DNA from: an uncultured Candidatus Rokubacteria bacterium
GTDB lineage: Bacteria > Methylomirabilota > Methylomirabilia > Rokubacteriales > CSP1-6
Direction: 5' to 3'
DNA: 64,000 bases
Assembly: GCA_963762145.1 (NCBI GenBank)
Contig: CAVXJS010000019.1
Location: forward strand, 128,001 to 192,000
In this document: in pieces, positions 50,922 to 60,107 of the stretch
Layout: every line of letters starts with the position of its first letter
Position numbering within the stretch: the stretch's first letter is position 1
The notes under the pieces: model-generated
Database searches by the model: none
Told to the model about the DNA's origin: nothing
The model's input: only the letters and a program-made list of their open reading frames with translations
Translations under genes and position numbers: made by a program

Positions 50922-52175
50922 TCAAGCGGGCCCGGCGAGCGGGCTCTTGTGGAGCGCGCCGTCCTTCATGATCATCCGGATCGCGGCGCGGTCCTGCAGG
51001 ATCGCGATGTCGGCGAGCGGATCGCCGTCCACCAGCAGGAGATCGGCGAGGGCGCCCGGCTTGACGACTCCCAGCTCGCCGGGAAAACCCATGATCTCGC
51101 CGCCCAGCCTGGTGGCGGCCACCAGCGTCTCCATCGGGGAGTAGCCGAGGACCTTGACGAAGAGCCAGAGATCGCGCGCGTAGGTGCCGTGAGGCGTGTA
51201 CACGAAGCCGTAGTCGCCGCCCGGCAGCACGCGGATGCCGCGCGTGCGCATGCGGGCGATGGTCTCCACGGTGGCGGCCAGCTCGCGCTCGAAGCCCTCC
51301 GCGCGCTCCGGAGTCACGCCCCACTGGCCGTGGGCCTGGGTGAGGTTGTAGGTGATGCCGAGCGCGGGCGCCACGAAGACGCGCTCGCGGGCACCCTCGA
51401 GCGCGTCGAGCGCGGCCTCGTCGCAGTAGTTGGCGTGGTAGATGATCTCGATGCCGTGCTCGACGGCCATGCGCACCGAGTCGCCGCTCCGGCAATGGGC
51501 GCACACGCGGAGCCCGCCCGCCCGCGCCACCTCCATGGCCGCCGCGACCTCGGCTGGGGCCATGGGCGTCAGCTCGGACGACCACGCCGACGTGCCGAGA
51601 TCACCCGAGAGATTCAGCTTGAGCAGGTCCACGCCTTCGCGGGCGAGCAGCCGGCAGACCCGGCGGATCGCGTCGGGGCCGTCGGCCACCCAGCAGAAGG
51701 TCGGTGTCTCGTGGTGCGGCAGGTGGAGCAGGTTGGTGTCGCCCAGGCCGCCGGTCACGGTGATCTCGGGCCCGTTGGCGAGCAGGCGCGGGCCGGGGAA
51801 GCGGCCCGCCTCGATCTCGCGCTTGACCACCACGTCGAGGCGCGGCTTGGCCGCCGCGGCGGAGAGCGCGCTCGTGTAGCCGGCGTCCAGCATGGTGCGC
51901 GCGTTGCGAAGGGTGGCGAGCAGGTGCTCCTCCGGCGGCAGGCGCGTCATCTCGTACGACGTGATGTCGGCGAAGCTGAGGTGCGCGTGCGGCTCGATCA
52001 GGCCGGGCATCAGCGTGGCCCCGCGGCCGTCGAGGACGCGCTCGCCGGGGCGCGGCGTCGCCGGCTCCTTCGTGACGTCGGCGATCTGGTTGCCGTCCAC
52101 GCGTACCGCGCCCGGGAACGGCTCGCGGCCGGAGCCGTCCAGGATGCGTACGTTCGTGATCAGGAGGCTGGTCAT
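50922..52175 (-). CDS. Amidohydrolase family protein (prolidase-like)
   Basis: LMPGLIEPHAH, CAHC, IYHA, PGGDYG, ADLLLVDGDPL. Confidence 0.88.
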   Translation of the reverse strand: MTSLLITNVRILDGSGREPFPGAVRVDGNQIADVTKEPATPRPGERVLDGRGATLMPGLIEPHAHLSFADITSYEMTRLPPEEHLLATLRNARTMLDAGYTSALSAAAAKPRLDVVVKREIEAGRFPGPRLLANGPEITVTGGLGDTNLLHLPHHETPTFCWVADGPDAIRRVCRLLAREGVDLLKLNLSGDLGTSAWSSELTPMAPAEVAAAMEVARAGGLRVCAHCRSGDSVRMAVEHGIEIIYHANYCDEAALDALEGARERVFVAPALGITYNLTQAHGQWGVTPERAEGFERELAATVETIARMRTRGIRVLPGGDYGFVYTPHGTYARDLWLFVKVLGYSPMETLVAATRLGGEIMGFPGELGVVKPGALADLLLVDGDPLADIAILQDRAAIRMIMKDGALHKSPLAGPA

Positions 52176-52213
52176 GTGAGTCGGAGTCTAGCATCGCGGG
52201 GCGCGGGCGGCGA

Positions 52214-52228
52214 TGGCATCCCTCTTGC
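52214..52228 (+). promoter_or_regulatory. sigma54 (-24/-12) promoter
   Basis: TGGCAT-CCCTC-TTGC, 30 bp before ATG 52259. Confidence 0.65.
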
Positions 52229-52258
52229 GTCCCATCTCGGAACCCAGAGGAGGGACCG

Positions 52259-52432
52259 ATGCCGACCTACCTGATGAGCTGCACCCATTGCGCTTACGAA
52301 GTCGCGTTTCGGACGGAGCCGGATGCGAAAACCGAAGGAGTTCGGCACCTTCTACAGTTCCCGGCCCACGGCGTGAAGGTCACGCCCAGTGAGGATGCCA
52401 TTATCCGGGATGAGGAAAGAGTTACCGCGTAA
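52259..52432 (+). CDS. 57-aa micro-protein with a CxxC...H...H zinc-finger-like pattern, absent from the ORF track
   Basis: MPTYLMSCTHCAYEVAFRTEPDAKTEGVRHLLQFPAHGVKVTPSEDAIIRDEERVTA*, with a GAGGAGG RBS and an upstream sigma54 site. Confidence 0.65.
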   Translation: MPTYLMSCTHCAYEVAFRTEPDAKTEGVRHLLQFPAHGVKVTPSEDAIIRDEERVTA

Positions 52433-52441
52433 TACCCAAAA

Positions 52442-52909
52442 TTACAGGTACTGCCCCGGCTCCCGGAGAGGGTCTCCGGGCGCCGGGGGCAGTCCGCGGT
52501 GCCGGCGCATCTCCTCGATCTCGGCCCGCGCCTGCATCTGCTGCGTCCACAGCGCGGCCTGGATCCCCTGAAAGAGTCCCTCGAGCCAGCCGACGAGCTG
52601 GGCCTGAGCCAGCCGGATCTCGGACTCGGTCGAGCTGCTGTCGAGCGGGATCGTGAGCGTGTCGAGCTCGTCCTGCAGGTCCTTCGACACGCCTTCCTTG
52701 AGCCCCGCGAGCGCCCGCTGGTAGACCTCGCGCACGCGCTGCCGTCCCGCCTCGTCCGGCTTGGACTGGCGGACGTCCGCGAGCATCTCGCGGATCATCG
52801 ACGCGATGCGGATCAGCTTGGCCGGCTGCTCGATCGTCGGCCCTTGCGGGATCTGGGCCGGGAGAACCTCGGGATGCTGGTCCGGATGCGCGTCGTCGTT
52901 GGGCGTCAT
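52442..52909 (-). CDS. bpa: Bacterial proteasome activator Bpa/PafE (DUF2587)
   Basis: EQPAKLIRIASM, ESEIRLAQAQLVGWLEGLFQGIQ, C-terminal GQYL proteasome-docking motif. Confidence 0.88.
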   Translation of the reverse strand: MTPNDDAHPDQHPEVLPAQIPQGPTIEQPAKLIRIASMIREMLADVRQSKPDEAGRQRVREVYQRALAGLKEGVSKDLQDELDTLTIPLDSSSTESEIRLAQAQLVGWLEGLFQGIQAALWTQQMQARAEIEEMRRHRGLPPAPGDPLREPGQYL

Positions 52910-53046
52910 GGCTCCGATGCTACCACGCGCTGCTCCAGGGCCGGTCGCCGTGGATCGGTCGAATCAACACGGTAAGGCGTTCCGCTCCGATGGGGGGCGC
53001 GCGTGGCGCGGGGCGACAAGCGACTGATCTCGTGGGCTTTCCGCGC

Positions 53047-53061
53047 GGGCACGGCCTTTGC
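53047..53061 (+). promoter_or_regulatory. sigma54 (-24/-12) promoter
   Basis: GGGCAC-GGCCT-TTGC, 40 bp before ATG 53102. Confidence 0.6.
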
Positions 53062-53101
53062 GATGTCCGGCCCCAAGACGCGGCACCGAGGAGGAGCGAC
53101 G

Positions 53102-53449
53102 ATGACTCGACGGATCACGACGGGGCTGGCGATGGGCGCGGTGATGCTGGGAGCGATGATCGGATCGGCGGCGCCGGCGCTCGCCGCGATGGCCGCGATC
53201 ACCACGGTGGCCCCGGTCGGCGACGACGTGACGGAAGAAGGCGTGAAGGCCGCGGCCGCGAGCGCGCTGGGACGGGCAGTGCGCGGGGCACAGGCGATGG
53301 GCCTCGACGAGGTCATGCTCAAGAGCATTCGCATGGTGCCGGGGACCGGCGTGGTGGTGGAGATCGTCGCGACCGATCAGGACACGTCTCTGGAGGAGTC
53401 GGCCGCCGAGCGGGAGCCGGTCGCGCCGTCGGGCGCCCCGCGGATCTAG
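53102..53449 (+). CDS. Small exported hypothetical protein
   Basis: GAGGAGG RBS, signal peptide ending PALA. Confidence 0.7.
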   Translation: MTRRITTGLAMGAVMLGAMIGSAAPALAAMAAITTVAPVGDDVTEEGVKAAAASALGRAVRGAQAMGLDEVMLKSIRMVPGTGVVVEIVATDQDTSLEESAAEREPVAPSGAPRI

Positions 53450-53853
53450 CCCTTCCGGGGCTTCTCCGCGACCGGGTAGCCCTTCTTCTTCCACTCCGCG
53501 AAGCCGCCGTCCATCTCCACGACCGCCTCGAGGCCCATCTGCTGGGCCACGTCGGTGGCCAGGGCCGAGCGCCACGCGCCGTTGCAGTAGAAGACGAACT
53601 CCTTGTCGGCGGCGGCGAAGACGTCCTTGTGATACGGGCTGTCCGGATCCACCCAGAACTCGAGCATGCCGCGCGGGCAGTGGAAGGCGCCGGGGATCAT
53701 GCCCTCGCGCTCCAGCTCGCGGACGTCCCGGAGGTCGACGAACACGACCCGGTCGCTGCCGAGACGGCCCTTGGCCTCCTCGAGGCTGATGGTCTTGATG
53801 CGCGACTTGGCCTCGTCCACCATCTGCTTGAATCCCTTGCGTGGGCTCTTCAT
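53446..53853 (-). CDS. Rhodanese-like domain protein
   Basis: VDLRD...GMIPGA...RGMLEFW, active loop YCNGAWRS, GGFAEW. Confidence 0.9.
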   Translation of the reverse strand: MKSPRKGFKQMVDEAKSRIKTISLEEAKGRLGSDRVVFVDLRDVRELEREGMIPGAFHCPRGMLEFWVDPDSPYHKDVFAAADKEFVFYCNGAWRSALATDVAQQMGLEAVVEMDGGFAEWKKKGYPVAEKPRKG

Positions 53854-53867
53854 GGTCGCTCCTCAGG

Positions 53868-54563
53868 TCAGACTTCCAGGTTCTCTCTGCGCACCGCCGC
53901 GTTGGCGGCCAGGTCGGCGGGCGTCCCATCGAACACGATACGCCCGTGGCCCATCACGTACACGCGGTGCGAGATCTTGAGCGCGATCGTCAGCTTCTGC
54001 TCGACCAGGAGGATCGAGACCCCGCGGCTCGCGATCTCGTCGAGGAACCGGCCCACCTGGGTGACCAGCATCGGGGCGAGCCCCTCGGTGGGCTCGTCGA
54101 TGATGACCAGCTCGGGGTCGCCCATGAGGGTGCGGCCCATGGTCAGCATCTGCTGCTCGCCGCCCGACAGTACGCCGGCCAGGTTGTCCTGCCGCTCACG
54201 CAGGTGCGGGAAGAGCGCGAACATGTCGTCGAACGACCAGCGGCCGAACCGTCCCGCGCGTTTCTGGCCGAGCTCGAGATTCTGGCGCACGGTCAGGGTG
54301 GGGAAGACCTGGCGGTCTTCCGGCACGTAGCCGATGCCCGCGTGGGCGATCTGGTCCGGGCGCAGCCCGACCAGGCTCTTGCCCTTCCACAGGACCTCGC
54401 CCACCGGCTCGACCAGCCCCATGATCGCCTTGCAGGTGGTGGAGCGGCCGACGCCGTTGCGCCCGAGCAGGCTCACGATCTCGCCCGCGCGCACCTCGAG
54501 GTGCACGCCCTGCAGGATGTGGCTCTTGCCGTAGAAGGCGTGGAGATCGCGGACGGTCAGCAT
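53868..54563 (-). CDS. livF: Branched-chain amino acid-type ABC ATPase
   Basis: GRNGVGRS, LSGGEQQML, DEPTEGLAP. Confidence 0.9.
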   Translation of the reverse strand: MLTVRDLHAFYGKSHILQGVHLEVRAGEIVSLLGRNGVGRSTTCKAIMGLVEPVGEVLWKGKSLVGLRPDQIAHAGIGYVPEDRQVFPTLTVRQNLELGQKRAGRFGRWSFDDMFALFPHLRERQDNLAGVLSGGEQQMLTMGRTLMGDPELVIIDEPTEGLAPMLVTQVGRFLDEIASRGVSILLVEQKLTIALKISHRVYVMGHGRIVFDGTPADLAANAAVRRENLEV

Positions 54564-54576
54564 CGGAAGGCTCGCA

Positions 54577-55347
54577 TCAGGCGATCTCCGCGGGGACCCC
54601 GAGATAGGCCTCCTGCACCGCGCGGCTGGCCCGGATCTCGGCGGGCGGCCCGGACGCGATGACCTGGCCGTAGACCAGCACGGTCACCACGTCGGCCACG
54701 TCGAAGACCACGCTCATGTCGTGCTCGACCATCACGAGCGTCTTGCCCGCGGTCACGCGGCGGATCAGGGCGACCGCGTGATCGGCCTCGCTGCGGCTCA
54801 TGCCCGCGGTGGGCTCGTCGAGCAGGATGGTGTCGGCGCCGCCCGCGATCGTGATGCCGATCTCGAGCGCGCGCTGCTCGGCGTAGGAGAGGAGGCCCGC
54901 GGGCACGTCCCGGCGTGCTTCCAGATTCACGTCGGCGAGCAGGCGCGCGGCCGCCTCGTTCAGGGCGCGCTCGCCGCCCAGCAGGTGCCAGAACGAGTAG
55001 CGGTAGCCCCGCGACCACAGGAGCCCGCAGCGGATGTTCTCGAACACGGTCATGCGCGCGAAGATCGAGGTGACCTGGAAGCTCCGGGAGAGGCCGCGCC
55101 GGTTGATCTCGTGCGGGGCCAGGCCGTCGAGGCGCCGGCCGTTCAGCTCGATCGCGCCCGAGGAGACCGGGAAGCGCCCGCTGATCAGGTTGAACAGCGT
55201 GGTCTTGCCCGCGCCGTTGGGCCCGATGATGGCGTGACGCGAGCCCCGGGCCACGTCGAGGCTCACGCCCATGATGACCGCGGTGGGCCCGAAGCTTTTG
55301 TGCACGTCGGTCAGGCGCAGGGCAGGCGCCGCGACGGGAGCGCTCAT
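54577..55347 (-). CDS. livG: Branched-chain amino acid-type ABC ATPase
   Basis: GPNGAGKTT, LSYAEQR, DEPTAG, EHDM, VQEAYLG. Confidence 0.9.
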   Translation of the reverse strand: MSAPVAAPALRLTDVHKSFGPTAVIMGVSLDVARGSRHAIIGPNGAGKTTLFNLISGRFPVSSGAIELNGRRLDGLAPHEINRRGLSRSFQVTSIFARMTVFENIRCGLLWSRGYRYSFWHLLGGERALNEAAARLLADVNLEARRDVPAGLLSYAEQRALEIGITIAGGADTILLDEPTAGMSRSEADHAVALIRRVTAGKTLVMVEHDMSVVFDVADVVTVLVYGQVIASGPPAEIRASRAVQEAYLGVPAEIA

Positions 55348-56675
55348 GCCCGCGTCCCCATCGCCTTGATCTCCTCGGTCACCGCGCCCCACGCGGCGCC
55401 GATCCGGCGCATCTCCCCGCGTAGCCAGAGACCGCCCGCGGCCAGCAGCAGGACGGCGGCGATCCAGGGCGTGGCGCTGCGCGGGTCCACCGTGACGCCC
55501 GAGAGGGTCAGGCTCTTGCCCTGGGCCGCGCCGATGGTGAGGAACGAGCAGAGCTCGATCGCGAGCACGAAGCCGACCACCACGAGGAGCGTGGGAACGA
55601 CCAGGCGGGCGTAGGGGCCGGCCAGGCGCCCGAGGCGGCCCGCGCGCCAGATCGGCTGGTGCATCATGACGAGGCCCGCGATGCCGCCCGGGGCGAAGGT
55701 CACCATCATGATGAACAGCACGCCCGCGTAGACCAGCCACGAGTTGGAGAGCAGGCTCACCCAGCTCTGGAGCAGCACGATCAGGACCGCGCCGATGACC
55801 GGCCCCGCGAAGGCCCCGACGCCGCCGATGTAGGTCATGAGCAGCGCGTTGGCGGCCATGCCCCCGCCCACCGTGTCGTAGGTGACGATCTCGTAGGTCA
55901 GGGTGTAGAGCGCCCCCGCGATGCCCGCGAAGAATCCGGAGAGGGAGAATTGGACGAAGCGCACCATGCGCGGGTCGTAGCCCACGAACTGCGCGCGCTC
56001 GAAGTTGTCCCGGCACGCGTTGGCCATGCGCCCGAGCGGGGTGCGCGTGAGGAGCAGCATCAAGGCCACCGCGACCACCGTCCAGGCCACGATCAGGTAG
56101 TAGACCTGCAGCGGCTGCGCGTAGCCCACCCCGAACACGCTACGTCCAATCATGCGATTGGTGCTGACGCCGCCCTCGCCGCCGAAGAAGGTCTGGAACA
56201 TGAGCGCGCACGAGGTGACGAGCTCGCCGATGCCGAGGGTGATCATGGCGAAGGCGGTGGCGCGCTGCTTGGTGGCGAAGTAACCGAAGAGGATCGCGAA
56301 GACGAGGCCGCCGAGGCCGCCCGCGAGGGGCGTCAGCTCGAGAGGCAGCCAGAACGTGCCCGCCTTCACCGCGTTCAGGGTATGCGCGGTGACGTAGCCG
56401 CCCAGCCCCAGGAAGACCGCGTGGCCGAACGAGAGCAGCCCGGTCTGGCCCATCTGCATGTTGTAGCTGAGCGCGAAGATGATCATGATGCCCATCTGGC
56501 TCAGCATGGACACCATGAAGCCGGAGTGCCGCCCGGTGCTCCAGTCGTAGGAGAGATACGGCACCAGCAGTGCTACCAGGAGGGCGATCAGCCACGGCCA
56601 CTGCCGGCCGAGGAAGCCGAGGGTCTGCGACGCGCCCAGAGTGCGGGCGGCGGGTTGGGCGATCGGCTCGCTCAT
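55344..56675 (-). CDS. livM: Branched-chain amino acid-type ABC permease
   Basis: GLLSFGHA, FAMITL, GGEGG, TPLGR...RDN. Confidence 0.88.
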   Translation of the reverse strand: MSEPIAQPAARTLGASQTLGFLGRQWPWLIALLVALLVPYLSYDWSTGRHSGFMVSMLSQMGIMIIFALSYNMQMGQTGLLSFGHAVFLGLGGYVTAHTLNAVKAGTFWLPLELTPLAGGLGGLVFAILFGYFATKQRATAFAMITLGIGELVTSCALMFQTFFGGEGGVSTNRMIGRSVFGVGYAQPLQVYYLIVAWTVVAVALMLLLTRTPLGRMANACRDNFERAQFVGYDPRMVRFVQFSLSGFFAGIAGALYTLTYEIVTYDTVGGGMAANALLMTYIGGVGAFAGPVIGAVLIVLLQSWVSLLSNSWLVYAGVLFIMMVTFAPGGIAGLVMMHQPIWRAGRLGRLAGPYARLVVPTLLVVVGFVLAIELCSFLTIGAAQGKSLTLSGVTVDPRSATPWIAAVLLLAAGGLWLRGEMRRIGAAWGAVTEEIKAMGTRA

Positions 56676-57619
56676 GTGTCGCGGGTGCCCATGAGGCCGC
56701 GCGGCTTCACGAGCAGCACGAGGATCAGCATGAGGTAGGGCAGGAGCGCGCCCACGCGGGGCAGCGGGATCGTCAGGAATTCGGCCAGCGGCGTGGCGGA
56801 CGTCACCGGGAGCCCGACCCGGGCCAGCAGGTCCGCGAACGACACGTCCAGGACCACCGCGAAGGTCTGCACCAGGCCCATGATCAGCGAGGCGATGAAG
56901 CAGCCCGCGAGCGAGCCCAGGCCGCCGAACACCACCACCACGAACACGATCGGGCCCATCGTGATCGCCATGGACGGCTCGGTCACGAGGAAATTGCCCC
57001 CGATCACGCCGGCCAGGCCGGCCAGGGCCGAGCCGCCCGCGAACACGATCGTGAACACGCGGGGCACGTTGTGGCCGAGGGCGCCCACCATCTCGGGATG
57101 CGTCAGGGCCGCCTGGATGACGAGGCCGATGCGCGTGCGCGTCAGGAGGAGCCAGATCGCCACGAACATCAGCGCCGAGATCAGCAGCATGAAGCCGCGG
57201 TAGGCGTGGAAGTTCGAGCCGTAGATCGTGAAGAGGGGGCCGTCCAGCAGGGCGGGCACGCGGTAGGGCACCGGCAGCAGGCCCCACGCCATCTGCACGC
57301 CCTTCTCGATGATGAAGGCCAGCCCGAAGGTGAAGAGCAGCTCTGCGATGTGGCCGTTCTTGTGCACGCGGCGAAGCGCGTACATCTCGATGAGCGCGCC
57401 CAGGAGGCCGCAGATGGCGGGGGCCAGGACCAGGGCGGGCCAGAAGCCGGTGACCCGGCTCACCGAGTATGCGAAGTAGGCGCCCAGCATGTACATGCTG
57501 GCGTGGGCGAAGTTGAGCACGCCCATCATCGAGAAGATGAGGGTGAGGCCGCTCGCCAGCATGAAGAGCAGCATGCCGTAGACGAGGCCGTTGAGCAGCG
57601 AGACGAGGAGGACTTCCAT
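56672..57619 (-). CDS. livH: Branched-chain amino acid-type ABC permease
   Basis: GLTLIFSMMGVLNFAH, VVVFGGLGS, KPRGLMG. Confidence 0.9.
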   Translation of the reverse strand: MEVLLVSLLNGLVYGMLLFMLASGLTLIFSMMGVLNFAHASMYMLGAYFAYSVSRVTGFWPALVLAPAICGLLGALIEMYALRRVHKNGHIAELLFTFGLAFIIEKGVQMAWGLLPVPYRVPALLDGPLFTIYGSNFHAYRGFMLLISALMFVAIWLLLTRTRIGLVIQAALTHPEMVGALGHNVPRVFTIVFAGGSALAGLAGVIGGNFLVTEPSMAITMGPIVFVVVVFGGLGSLAGCFIASLIMGLVQTFAVVLDVSFADLLARVGLPVTSATPLAEFLTIPLPRVGALLPYLMLILVLLVKPRGLMGTRDT

Positions 57620-57649
57620 ATGAAAGAGCCTTCCCACACCTGCTCCCTC

Positions 57650-57720
57650 GCCCCCTCACCCTGCCCTCTCCCCTTCGGTGAGAGGGTTGGGTGAGAGGGG
57701 AGAGGGCCGGGGTGAGGGGC
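57650..57720. repeat. Inverted pair of REP-like units between the binding-protein and permease genes
   Basis: GCCCCCTCACCCTGCCCTCTCCCC ... GGGGAGAGGGCCGGGGTGAGGGGC long inverted repeat. Confidence 0.7.
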
Positions 57721-57737
57721 CTCCTAGTTCCTGAGCG

Positions 57738-58997
57738 CTACGACGACGGCCGCTTCATGTTGCAGGTATTGGGCTGGTCGAGGTCCTTGGGCAGGACGGT
57801 GGTCTCCGTCTTCCAGCCGAGCCCGGTCTTCTCCGAGTCGTACTTCACGCCCTTGGTGAAGACCCCGACGAAGTACTCGCTCAGGATCTGGTGGTCGGCC
57901 TTCCGCATCGTGACCTGGTGGCCGAGCATGTCGGTGATGGTCAGGCCCTCCAGGGCGGCCGCGAACTTGACCGGATCGGCGGAGCCCGCCTTGTTCATCG
58001 CGGCCTGGAGGAACTCGAAGATGGTGCGGAAGCCGCCCGCGTAAAAGTCGAAGTCGTGGGTGGAGCGGAACTGCTTGGTCCAGCCCTCGGTGTCGGGCTT
58101 GTTGGTCTCCACCGCGATGTTCTCGTGGAAGGCCATGACCGAGCGGACCTTGCCGTTGCCGGCGGGGCCGATGGCGGTCGCGCCGCCGCCCAGGTGGGCG
58201 TACATCGTGTAGTAGCGGATGTCGAGGCCCGCGTCCATGCCGCCCTTGATCAGCAGCGTCATGTCGGGTCCCCAGTTGCCGGTGAGCAGGGCCTGGGCGC
58301 CCGAGGCCTTGACCTTCGTGATGTAGGGCGAGAAGTCCTTCACCTTGCCGAGCGGGATCAACTCGTCGCCCACCACCTTGACGTCGGGCCGGAGCTTGGT
58401 GAGGAAGGTCTTCACGTCGCGCTGCACCGACTGGCCGAACAGGTAGTCCTGGTTGAGCAGGTAGACCTTGTTCACGTCCTTGGGCAGGGCGCGCACCATG
58501 GTCTCGGCCTTCATGCCCACGTGCGCGTCCATCCGGAAGTGCCAGTAGCTGCACTTCTCGTTGGTGAGCTCGGTGGCCACCGCGCCGCAGTTGACGTAGA
58601 CGATCCGGTTGGTCGGGTTCCGCTCGTTGTGCTTGTCCACGCCCTCGATGAGGGCGGCCGCGATGTTGGAGCCCGAGCACTGCATGATCACCGGGATGTT
58701 CTGGTCGGTGGCCGCCTTCAGCGCGAGCAGCGCCTCGGAGGGCTGCGACTTGTTGTCGAAGGAGACCAGCTCGAACTTGCGCCCGAGCGCCCCGCCGCGG
58801 CCGTTGATGTAGTCGATGATGTACTTGAACTGCTGCAGGTTCTGGTCGCCGACCTGCGCGAAGGGGCCCGACAGCGGGTCCGTGTACATGATCTTGATCG
58901 TGTTCTGGGCCTCGGCCGGCCCGGCGCCGACGGCGAAGCCGGTGGCCAGGAGAGTGCCCAGCAGGGTGGATATCAGTCGCTTGAGCCGGTCGCGCAT
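57738..58997 (-). CDS. LivJ/LivK-type ABC substrate-binding protein
   Basis: Signal peptide, DPLSGPFA, NQDYLFG, DFSPY..K, TGNWG, MRKADHQ. Confidence 0.9.
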   Translation of the reverse strand: MRDRLKRLISTLLGTLLATGFAVGAGPAEAQNTIKIMYTDPLSGPFAQVGDQNLQQFKYIIDYINGRGGALGRKFELVSFDNKSQPSEALLALKAATDQNIPVIMQCSGSNIAAALIEGVDKHNERNPTNRIVYVNCGAVATELTNEKCSYWHFRMDAHVGMKAETMVRALPKDVNKVYLLNQDYLFGQSVQRDVKTFLTKLRPDVKVVGDELIPLGKVKDFSPYITKVKASGAQALLTGNWGPDMTLLIKGGMDAGLDIRYYTMYAHLGGGATAIGPAGNGKVRSVMAFHENIAVETNKPDTEGWTKQFRSTHDFDFYAGGFRTIFEFLQAAMNKAGSADPVKFAAALEGLTITDMLGHQVTMRKADHQILSEYFVGVFTKGVKYDSEKTGLGWKTETTVLPKDLDQPNTCNMKRPSS

Positions 58998-59105
58998 GAG
59001 GCCTCCTCTTTGAGTGGCGCGGGTCGCGCCGCCGTCCATGATTCGAGCAGGGCGAGGGTATCCCCGTCCGTGGCGCAAGTCAAAGAAGATAGTAGGATAG
59101 CGCTC

Positions 59106-60107
59106 ATGCTCAACGTCCTCGTGACCATGCGCTTCGACCAGGGCCAGCTCGACCGGCTGCGCGCGGTGTCCCCCGAGATCGCGGTGTCGCAGGCCGATCC
59201 GGACGCCGCGGACTACGCCAGGACCGACGTCCTCTACGCGGGCGCGCCGCCCCGCGATCTCTCGCGGGCTCCCGGGCTGCGCTGGGTGCAGCTGCACATG
59301 GCCGGGGTCAACGGGCTCGCCGACCATCCGCTCTACACGGAGACCGCGATCCCGCTGACCACCACCAGCGGCGTGCACGCGGCCACGATCGCGGAGTACG
59401 CGGTGACCATGCTGCTGGCCCTGGCCCACCGGGTGCCCCGCATGGTGGAGTGGCAGCGGCGCGGGGGCTGGCCGCCCGACGAGCGGCGCTGGGAGCTGTT
59501 CGTGCCCGCGGAGGTGCGTGGGGCGACGCTCGGCATCATCGGCTACGGCAGCATCGGGCGCGAGCTGGCGCGCATCGCCAAGGCCGCGTTCGGCATGCGC
59601 GTGCTCGTGACCAAGCGCAATCCGGCGCAGCGGGCCGACGACGGCTACGCGCTGCCCGGCACCGGCGATCCGGAGGGCACGCTGCCCGACGAGTGGCTCG
59701 GCCACGACCGGCTCGACGCGCTGCTGGAGCGCTCGGACGTGGTCGTGCTGTGCGCGCCGCTGACGCCCGAGACCCGGGGCCTGGTCGGCGAGCGGGCGCT
59801 CGCCCGCATGAAGCCCTCCGCGTTCTTCATCAACGTGGGGCGCGGCGCCAGCGTGGACGAGGCGGCGCTGGCCCGCGCATTGCGCGACGGCCGGATCGCG
59901 GGCGCGGCGGTGGACGTCTTCGGCGAGGAGCCGCCTCCCGCGGGGCACCCGCTCTACGCGGTGGACAACGTCATCGTCTCCCCCCACGTCTCCGGCTTCC
60001 TGCCGAGCTACGACGAGAAGTGCTCGGTGCTCTTCGCGGAGAACCTGCGGCGCTTCCTGGCTGGCGCGCCGCTGCTGAACCTGGTAGACCGGGCTCGCGG
60101 CTACTGA
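59106..60107 (+). CDS. D-2-hydroxyacid dehydrogenase
   Basis: GIIGYGSIG, INVGRG, DVFGEEP, SPHVSG. Confidence 0.92.
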   Translation: MLNVLVTMRFDQGQLDRLRAVSPEIAVSQADPDAADYARTDVLYAGAPPRDLSRAPGLRWVQLHMAGVNGLADHPLYTETAIPLTTTSGVHAATIAEYAVTMLLALAHRVPRMVEWQRRGGWPPDERRWELFVPAEVRGATLGIIGYGSIGRELARIAKAAFGMRVLVTKRNPAQRADDGYALPGTGDPEGTLPDEWLGHDRLDALLERSDVVVLCAPLTPETRGLVGERALARMKPSAFFINVGRGASVDEAALARALRDGRIAGAAVDVFGEEPPPAGHPLYAVDNVIVSPHVSGFLPSYDEKCSVLFAENLRRFLAGAPLLNLVDRARGY

